Positions 56,807 through 64,000 of a stretch of 64,000 bases of DNA are shown piece by piece (the stretch's first letter is position 1; every line of letters starts with the position of its first letter). A program made the translations under genes and the position numbers. Origin of the DNA: Patescibacteria group bacterium (GTDB lineage: Bacteria > Patescibacteriota > Dojkabacteria > J137); assembly GCA_016861265.1 (NCBI GenBank), contig BOLA01000001.1, forward strand, positions 852,136-916,135. The letters run 5' to 3'. Below the pieces are notes generated by a model that was given only the letters and a program-made list of their open reading frames with translations, ran no database searches and was not told the DNA's origin.

Positions 56807-57916
56807 ATGGGAATTTTAGAAAAAATTGACTTAATCCAAAGCAGAATAGATGCAATTGTATCCAAGAAAGATCTTAATAAGCTTATCGCCGAAAGAGATC
56901 AAATGGAGGCTAGCACTATGGCTAATGGCTTTTGGAATAATAACGAAGAAGCTCAAAAGACTATGCAATCATTAGGCGGGTTAAAGTCAGAAATTGCTGA
57001 TGTAGAAAATTTGGTTAAAACTATAAAAGACATTAAAGATTTGGCTTCTGACGATTCAATCTCTTCCATTAAAGATCAATCCGAAGAAGAAGATAATGAA
57101 CTGATTCAAATGATTAACTCAGGTCTAGAAGATTTAGAAAAGAAAGTAGAAGAAGTTGAACTAACAACATTCTTAAGTGGTAAATTTGATACAAGTAATG
57201 CGATTCTTAAAATTATTGCGGGACAAGGAGGAACCGAGGCATGTGACTGGGCGAGTATGGTTTTAAGAATGTATACAAGGTATGCTAACGATAAAGGTTG
57301 GACAGTAACAATTTTAGATAAAGTGGATGGTACGGAAGCAGGTATTGCTAGTGCTGAATTGTTAATTGAAGGTAGATATGCTTATGGCTATTTAAAACAC
57401 GAACATGGAACTCATAGATTAGTTAGAAACTCCCCTTTTAACGCACAGGGCTTAAGGCAGACTTCCTTTGTTGGGGTAGAAGTACTTCCGGAAGTAAATG
57501 AAGATATTGACATAGAGGTGAGGGACGAGGATATTGAATTCAATGCAATAAGATCCAGCGGAGCCGGAGGGCAAAATGTAAATAAAGTTGCCTCTAAAGT
57601 AAGGATTGTTCATAAGCCAAGCGGTATTGTTATTGAGGCATCGGCCCAAAGAACTCAGCACGCTAACCGAGAAGCTGCAATGCGTTTGCTTAAGGCAAGG
57701 CTATACGAAATTGAAGAAAATAAGCAAAAAGCAGAACTGGCTTCTAATAAAGGGGAATATAAAATTGCCGGTTGGGGCAATCAAATTCGAAATTATGTTC
57801 TTCAGCCCTATAAATTAGTTAAGGATGTTAGAACTGAAATTGAAACTCCAAATGCAGACGGTGTTTTGGATGGTGATTTGCAAATGTTTATTGATGCAGA
57901 AATTCGTATGCTTTAA
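56807..57916 (+). CDS. prfB: Peptide chain release factor 2 (continuous ORF, no frameshift)
   Basis: GGTEA.DW, SPF, GAGGQNVNK, WGNQIRNY. Confidence 0.97.
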   Translation: MGILEKIDLIQSRIDAIVSKKDLNKLIAERDQMEASTMANGFWNNNEEAQKTMQSLGGLKSEIADVENLVKTIKDIKDLASDDSISSIKDQSEEEDNELIQMINSGLEDLEKKVEEVELTTFLSGKFDTSNAILKIIAGQGGTEACDWASMVLRMYTRYANDKGWTVTILDKVDGTEAGIASAELLIEGRYAYGYLKHEHGTHRLVRNSPFNAQGLRQTSFVGVEVLPEVNEDIDIEVRDEDIEFNAIRSSGAGGQNVNKVASKVRIVHKPSGIVIEASAQRTQHANREAAMRLLKARLYEIEENKQKAELASNKGEYKIAGWGNQIRNYVLQPYKLVKDVRTEIETPNADGVLDGDLQMFIDAEIRML

Positions 57917-58368
57917 TTGGTAATATCTACCAGTATAGATTTATTTCCTACCTGTGTATTGAATAATACATTTTTAACTAGATCTACCAAGTCGTTTACG
58001 TCTGTATCGGATTTTGCGGCATAAGAATGTGCTCCAAGTCCCATTAACTGCTTTATTACAAGGTCTCCACCCATATTGCTAATTACTACAAATTTGGGTT
58101 TTCTATCAGGAATATTTTTAAAGTGTTGTAATGTTTCAAATCCGTCCATTCTAGGCATAAAAACGTCTAGTAAAACTAAATCGTAGTTATTATTCTCTAT
58201 TTTTTCTATACATTCTTTTCCATCGCCTGCGTAATCAATAACAAAATCAAAATATCTCAAAAGAATTTCGCCAAAAATTTCTCTAGCTTCGGGCTCATCA
58301 TCTACAATTAGGATTCTATTAAAAACAGGAGTGTCATTTGAGTCTGACGAAGATGCTATATCTGCCAT
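57913..58368 (-). CDS. Stand-alone response regulator receiver domain
   Basis: ILIVDDE, DLVLLDVFMP.MDG, conserved K. Confidence 0.9.
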   Translation of the reverse strand: MADIASSSDSNDTPVFNRILIVDDEPEAREIFGEILLRYFDFVIDYAGDGKECIEKIENNNYDLVLLDVFMPRMDGFETLQHFKNIPDRKPKFVVISNMGGDLVIKQLMGLGAHSYAAKSDTDVNDLVDLVKNVLFNTQVGNKSILVDITN

Positions 58369-58559
58369 TGTTGAAGCATAATATTTTATAAGGGAATTAT
58401 ATTTTGAAATTTAAATTCTGTCAAACCCTTTTGGAAAGTTCTATATCTAGTAACAAATTCCCGGATATATACTACATATTTTTTATATTAAATACAATGA
58501 GCATTGCTGTAATTATGCGTAGTATTATAATGATATAATCAATTGATTAACTAAATATT

Positions 58560-60023
58560 ATGGACATTAGAACAAGATTTGCTCCAAGCCCAACAGGCTC
58601 TTTGCATATTGGTGGTATTAGAACTGCTTTATATTGTTACGCCTGGGCAAAAAAGAATAGCGGAAAATTTATTGTAAGAATTGAAGATACTGACCAGACT
58701 CGTTTTGTAGAGGGTGCAACAGAGGAAGTTTTTGAAATGCTGAATGCTTATGGCCTTAACCCTGATGAAAGTATGAACAATGGGGGCGATTACGGGCCAT
58801 ACATACAAAGCCAACGAAAAGATATTTATTTAAAATATGCAGAAGAATTAATAAAGAAGGGTTATGCATATTATTGTTTCTTGGAACCAGAGGAATTAAA
58901 AATTCTACAGGAAGCAACAAGAGGTACAGGTTTTAGGTCTAAATATAGAGATCAGGATATAGAAACTTCTAAAAAAATGGTAGACGAAGGTAAGCCCTAT
59001 GTAATAAGGCTTAAAGTTCCTGAGAATGAAACTATAATCTATAAAGATGGTGTTCAAGGAAGTATAAAATTCGATACAAATCTTGTTAATGACGAAATTC
59101 TAATTAAATCCAATGGATTTGGGTCTTATCATTTGGCTGTTGTAGTTGACGACCACCTAATGAAGGTCAGTCATGTATTTAGAGCTGTGGAGTGGTTACC
59201 GAGTACACCAAAGCAAATTCTTTTATATAGATATTTAGGTTGGGAAATGCCTCCTTTCTATCATGTGAGCGCAATCCTCGATCCATCGGGAGGAAAGTTG
59301 TCGAAAAGAAAAGGCTCAGTATCTGCTAAGGGTTTTCTACAAGACGGTTATCTACCAGAAGCAATGCTTAATTTCTTAATGTTATTAGGTTGGTCTTCTC
59401 CGGAGAAAAGGGAATTCGGTGAGAAAGAAAGAGAAATCTACTCTCTCGAAGAATTTGTAGAATTATTCGATGTTAAAGATTTCAATAAAAGCAATCCTGT
59501 ATTTAATAGGGAAAAGTTAACATGGTTCAATAAAGAGTATTTTAAAATTAAAACTAACGCAGAATTGAAGGAGAGTTTTATAAATTGGTTTAAGGAATAC
59601 TCCGAAGATATTGATTTAAGCAATTATATTCTTCAGGATTACGATCTTGAAGAAAAGATAGGCCTAGTAAAAGAAAGAGCAACAACTTTAATGGAAATAT
59701 TAGAGCAAATTAAATTCTTCTATAAATCACCTAAAGATATAGATTGGAATATAAAACAAACTCAGAATACTATTGAAATTATTTCTGATTTAAAGAAAGA
59801 TTTTGTTGAAATGTTTACTGGTTTCGCTGATAATTCAAAAGAATGGAAGCATGAGGATTGGGAGCCAAGAATGAGATCAATTGGAGATAAGTATTCAAAA
59901 AAACATGGAGATATATTTATGGTACTTAGAATGGCAATTGTAGGAAGTCCATTCTCTCCTCCATTGTTCGAATCTATGCAGTTATTAGGTAAGAATGAAG
60001 TGTTAAAAAGATTAACTGCCTAA
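58560..60023 (+). CDS. gltX: Glutamyl-tRNA synthetase
   Basis: RFAPSPTG.LHIGG, RIEDTD, KLSKR. Confidence 0.97.
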   Translation: MDIRTRFAPSPTGSLHIGGIRTALYCYAWAKKNSGKFIVRIEDTDQTRFVEGATEEVFEMLNAYGLNPDESMNNGGDYGPYIQSQRKDIYLKYAEELIKKGYAYYCFLEPEELKILQEATRGTGFRSKYRDQDIETSKKMVDEGKPYVIRLKVPENETIIYKDGVQGSIKFDTNLVNDEILIKSNGFGSYHLAVVVDDHLMKVSHVFRAVEWLPSTPKQILLYRYLGWEMPPFYHVSAILDPSGGKLSKRKGSVSAKGFLQDGYLPEAMLNFLMLLGWSSPEKREFGEKEREIYSLEEFVELFDVKDFNKSNPVFNREKLTWFNKEYFKIKTNAELKESFINWFKEYSEDIDLSNYILQDYDLEEKIGLVKERATTLMEILEQIKFFYKSPKDIDWNIKQTQNTIEIISDLKKDFVEMFTGFADNSKEWKHEDWEPRMRSIGDKYSKKHGDIFMVLRMAIVGSPFSPPLFESMQLLGKNEVLKRLTA

Positions 60024-60053
60024 ACCTAAAAAATGGTGTAGAATAATGCAGTT

Positions 60054-61115
60054 ATGTCCCAAATTCGAAAGAAAAATTCTAAACAATATATTGGCGGCTT
60101 TGGTCTATTTTCAGAAATAAAAAGACGAATAGTCAGTAGATTATTCTGGGGAAGAAGTTCGCTTTATAAGAATGTTGTCCACGTTCTAGTCATTTTTATT
60201 ACCATATCTGTTACGTTAAGTGGAATAATATATCGAGTTTCAGATGTTAGCGCGAGCGGCTCCGCATTAAGTGGTGAATATACAATCGGAACAAATGATT
60301 TACTAACCCAAGGGGGTTCTATTGCCACTGTACTTAGAACTGATAATACAAACCTTAGCGCACTTCAGAACAGAAGGTACACCGTTCAATCGGGTGATAC
60401 TTTAGAGTCTATTGCAAACTCCTATAGTGTTTCTATGGATACAATCAGATGGGCAAATCCTAATTTAATTAGTCCTTTTACTAACGATATTCAAGCAGGC
60501 TGGGAATTGGCAATTCCTGAAATTAATGGAGTTTTATATACTGTTAGAGATAACCAATCCCTAGACGATATTATTTCATTGACTAGTGTAAATAACAACG
60601 AGTCCAACAGGTTTAACATTATTGAGTTGAATCAACTTGAGCCTCCCTATTCTTTGCGAGCCGGAACAAAGCTATTTATTCCCGATGGTAATTTATATAC
60701 GCAAAGCGTAAATGTTGAGGGAATTCCTAGAGGCGTATTTGTAAATCCATTATCCAGTGAGGACTGCAGTGGGTATATTTATCAGAGAGGTTTTACTTCC
60801 TATCACGATGGAGTGGACTTATCGAAATGGGACGGATGTACAATCGAAGCCATGGCCAACGGAACAGTTTACTATGCAGGTTGGGAGACTCTTTCCGGTC
60901 TTTGTGTAAAAATTGATCATGGTGGAGGAATTCATACATACTATTATCATTTGCAAGATATATACGTTAAAGCTGGAGATAGAATTCAGCAGGGCGACAA
61001 AATCGGTTACATGGGATCTACTGGAAACAGTACAGGAACTCATTTGCACTTTGTGTTAAAAAAAGACTTTATTCCTGTAGACCCGGAACCATATGTTCCA
61101 TATAATAAGTATTAA
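60054..61115 (+). CDS. LysM + M23 peptidase, membrane-anchored
   Basis: YTVQSGDTL..IA (LysM, two copies), HDGVD, GNSTGTHLHF. Confidence 0.92.
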   Translation: MSQIRKKNSKQYIGGFGLFSEIKRRIVSRLFWGRSSLYKNVVHVLVIFITISVTLSGIIYRVSDVSASGSALSGEYTIGTNDLLTQGGSIATVLRTDNTNLSALQNRRYTVQSGDTLESIANSYSVSMDTIRWANPNLISPFTNDIQAGWELAIPEINGVLYTVRDNQSLDDIISLTSVNNNESNRFNIIELNQLEPPYSLRAGTKLFIPDGNLYTQSVNVEGIPRGVFVNPLSSEDCSGYIYQRGFTSYHDGVDLSKWDGCTIEAMANGTVYYAGWETLSGLCVKIDHGGGIHTYYYHLQDIYVKAGDRIQQGDKIGYMGSTGNSTGTHLHFVLKKDFIPVDPEPYVPYNKY

Positions 61116-62431
61116 TGCTTAAAATTAATTGGACTACAAAATATTTACTTCTGTTAGGAATGCTTTCTATAACCACATTTCTGTGGATTTTTACCAAGCT
61201 GAGCATTGAACAAGTAAATCTACTAGATAAACCTTTCCGGAACTTAGCACAACTATTAGGCTTATTAGCGATAAATTTTTTTACAGTTAATTTTATTCTT
61301 GCAACAAGATTTTATTTTATTGAAAAGTTATTCGGTGGACTCGATAAAATGTACAAGTTTCATAAATTTGTTGCTAGGATTGCATTTACTCTCGCTTGGG
61401 CACATCCAATATTGCTTATATTAGAAAACTTCATGGGTACGGCAACAATTCAAAGATATTTTTTGTTCGGGAGTAATACTCGTTGGAATGCCGGAATGGC
61501 GGCTCTCTATTTAATGACGCTACTTGTGTTATTTAGTGTTACAAAGTTTTTACCTTATCACATATGGAAGAACTCCCATAGATTTATGGTTTTTGTGATG
61601 GGCTTTCTATTTATTCATGTACTAACTGCTCCAGGAAGTGTAGATGCTAATGTTTTTCTTAAGCTCTGGATTATTGGATTAATTACTGTTGCAATCTTAT
61701 GCTGGTTATATATAGAACTACTATACAAAAGAATTGGTCCGGTTTTTTATTATAAAGTTACAAGTAATAATAAAATAGGAGCAATAAATGAATTAATTCT
61801 CGAACCACAAAATCGACCCATGACTTATAAGGCAGGACAATTTACCTTTTTATCCTTCCTGAATAATAAAAATATATCAAGAGAATTGCATCCATTCACA
61901 ATTTCTTCCAATCCGCATGAATATCATATTAGAATATCTGCAAAAGATTCTGGTGACTATACCTCGGAGCTATTTAACGCAAAGCCAGGAGATCTGGTTA
62001 AACTTATTGGTCCTTATGGTTATTTTACAAGGGATCGATTGCTTAATTCCAGAAAACAAATCTGGATTGCAGGAGGAATTGGTATTACTCCATTCTTAAG
62101 TATGCTTGCTGCCGAGAGTGCTGAACCATCGGGCAATAAGATAAACCTATTTTATACAGTTAAATCAGAACAGGAAGCCGTGTATAAGGATGAACTAATA
62201 AAAAATTCTGACCAAATAACAGATTTAGAATTGACTCTTAACTTCGACTCAATTGAAGGATACTTAACAGCAAAAAGAATTGAAGAAAACTTAGACTATA
62301 ATATTAAAGAAGCAAGTATTCTGCTATGCGGTCCCACACAAATGATGCATTCACTTAGGAAACAATTCATGGATATGGGATTAGATAGTGAACAAATAAT
62401 ATTCGAGGACTTTGCTTTGAAACCTGTGTAG
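61115..62431 (+). CDS. Ferric reductase-like transmembrane + FAD/NAD-binding oxidoreductase
   Basis: TM His residues, HPFTISS, GPYG, AGGIGITP, LCGP...FEDF. Confidence 0.9.
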   Translation: MLKINWTTKYLLLLGMLSITTFLWIFTKLSIEQVNLLDKPFRNLAQLLGLLAINFFTVNFILATRFYFIEKLFGGLDKMYKFHKFVARIAFTLAWAHPILLILENFMGTATIQRYFLFGSNTRWNAGMAALYLMTLLVLFSVTKFLPYHIWKNSHRFMVFVMGFLFIHVLTAPGSVDANVFLKLWIIGLITVAILCWLYIELLYKRIGPVFYYKVTSNNKIGAINELILEPQNRPMTYKAGQFTFLSFLNNKNISRELHPFTISSNPHEYHIRISAKDSGDYTSELFNAKPGDLVKLIGPYGYFTRDRLLNSRKQIWIAGGIGITPFLSMLAAESAEPSGNKINLFYTVKSEQEAVYKDELIKNSDQITDLELTLNFDSIEGYLTAKRIEENLDYNIKEASILLCGPTQMMHSLRKQFMDMGLDSEQIIFEDFALKPV

Positions 62432-62486
62432 CATATAATAAATTATTAGTGTTTTGATTAGTTTGTAGGCCTAAAGGCAAATAAAA

Positions 62487-64000
62487 ATGGATTTATCAAC
62501 ATTCCTTCTAATAATTGGAGCTTTTATAGTATTTACTTTTGTAGCTAATATTGTTCTGCAAAGATATTACAACCTCTTAACGAAAGTTAACGAAACTATA
62601 AAGGATAAAGTCATATTAAAAATTGCGGTTCCCGTTAAAAACGACAAGAAAGCATTGGCAGCGGAACAGCTTTTTCAATCCCTGCATGGAATATTAAAAG
62701 GTGACAAGGCATCAAAGGATCTTTACTCTTTCGAAATTTTTGCGGCAAACCACGGAATATATTTTGTTGTGGTCTGCTCAAACCGATATAGAACTTTCCT
62801 TGAGAATCAAATTTACGCCCAATACCCTGAAGCTCAACTAAACGTAGTTCCAGATTATTCTGTACTTCACCCACTAGACAAAGTTTCTATAACTGAATTA
62901 GGGCTAACCAAGGATTTCTTTTTGCCAATTAGAACTTTTACAAGTTTCGAAGTTGACCCTCTGGCGTCAATAACTAGTGCCGTATCAAATTTAACTCCAG
63001 GCTTTGAAGTGTGGATTCAACTCTTAACAAGGCCAATAGATAATGAATGGCAGGTAAAGGGTAAAGAATATGTTGAGAAGCTTAAAAATCAAAAAGATTC
63101 TGAAGGTAATAAGAAGGATCCAGATTCTGCTCTCGCAGAAACATTTAAAGATATTTCAACTAAGTCGGATAAGGTTGGTTTTCAGTTTAAAGTTAGGATT
63201 CTAGCAAAGGGACCAGACGAAAGTATTGTAAAAAGCCTAGTTGAAGATACAGAGGCTGCATTTAAGCAATTCCAAACAACAAAATTGAATAGTATTGGAA
63301 AATCAAAACAAAAGAAAAAGAATGCTCTCGAAAAGTGGCTCGATAATATAAACAAAAAATTAACCTTCTTCTTTTCTGGAAAAAGACTGGGGGATAATCT
63401 TAACTCTATTCAAAAGTATCAGTTAAGGTATTTAGACGAAAGGGAAAAAAATATCGCAAACATTGAAGAACTAGCATCTTTATATCATTTACCAAATGAA
63501 TCCGTAAAAACACCAAATATTGCATGGGCAAAATCTAAAAAGTTAGAATTCCCATTAAATCTGCCGGTTCTTAGACAGAATCCTGCAGAAAACAAAGGTA
63601 TTCGTGCTTTAGCGCTAACGGATTATAGAAATATACATATACCTTTTGGCATAAAGGCAGAAGACAGAAGAAGGCACATGTACCTATTAGGAAAAACCGG
63701 TACAGGTAAATCAACTTTCTTAAAGAATATGATTGTTGGAGATATATTAGACGGTAATGGTTTAGCAGTATTAGATCCTCACGGCGATTTAGTAGAAGAG
63801 ATTCTAGACTTAATACCTGAGTATAGAATTAAAGATGTAATTTATCTTGACCCATCTGATATGGAATATCCAATAGGTTTAAACATGTTGGATATTAAAG
63901 AAGGAGAAACATTAGATTTATTAGCAGATGGTATTGTAAATGTATTTAAAAAATTCTTTGGCGAAATGAGTTGGGGACCTAGGCTTCAGCACTTGCTATA
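62487..64000 (+). CDS. VirD4/TraD-like coupling ATPase with N-terminal TM (truncated by window end)
   Basis: Translated by hand from ATG 62487 (MDLSTFLLIIG...); in frame with DRRRHMYLLGKTGTGKST...LAVLDPHGDL at 63663 onward. Confidence 0.85.
   Translation, partial: MDLSTFLLIIGAFIVFTFVANIVLQRYYNLLTKVNETIKDKVILKIAVPVKNDKKALAAEQLFQSLHGILKGDKASKDLYSFEIFAANHGIYFVVVCSNRYRTFLENQIYAQYPEAQLNVVPDYSVLHPLDKVSITELGLTKDFFLPIRTFTSFEVDPLASITSAVSNLTPGFEVWIQLLTRPIDNEWQVKGKEYVEKLKNQKDSEGNKKDPDSALAETFKDISTKSDKVGFQFKVRILAKGPDESIVKSLVEDTEAAFKQFQTTKLNSIGKSKQKKKNALEKWLDNINKKLTFFFSGKRLGDNLNSIQKYQLRYLDEREKNIANIEELASLYHLPNESVKTPNIAWAKSKKLEFPLNLPVLRQNPAENKGIRALALTDYRNIHIPFGIKAEDRRRHMYLLGKTGTGKSTFLKNMIVGDILDGNGLAVLDPHGDLVEEILDLIPEYRIKDVIYLDPSDMEYPIGLNMLDIKEGETLDLLADGIVNVFKKFFGEMSWGPRLQHLL

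Overview
AT-rich bacterial chromosome segment. Gene content and style suggest Patescibacteria/CPR, possibly Dojkabacteria (inference only). The backbone carries tgt, gpmI, pyrG, prmC, clpC, secA, rmuC, lepA, prfB, gltX, Hsp20, tRNA-Lys(TTT) and tRNA-Arg(TCG). Main observations: (1) An integrative element sits at the 3' end of tRNA-Arg. It encodes a large serine recombinase, a replication-relaxation protein, an iteron-containing HTH rep gene and a branched hairpin. Next to it is a cluster of three different TrpRS homologues, a TrpD-like enzyme with rewritten motifs, an aldo/keto reductase, a nucleotidyltransferase and an HPrK-like kinase. (2) A ~680-nt, highly base-paired non-coding unit has its own promoter and terminator and lies just upstream of a HEPN-motif gene. 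(3) A 2473-aa membrane-anchored protein carries seven predicted glycan/peptidoglycan hydrolase domains. (4) Nine small orphan genes, mostly GC-rich, have Shine-Dalgarno sites and mostly their own promoter and terminator, unlike the SD-less core genes. (5) MraY, sortase and PEP-synthase homologues have lost catalytic residues. (6) Variant CIRCE operators precede Hsp20 and clpC. No CRISPR array or rRNA was seen. All calls come from reading motifs by eye; no database search was run.
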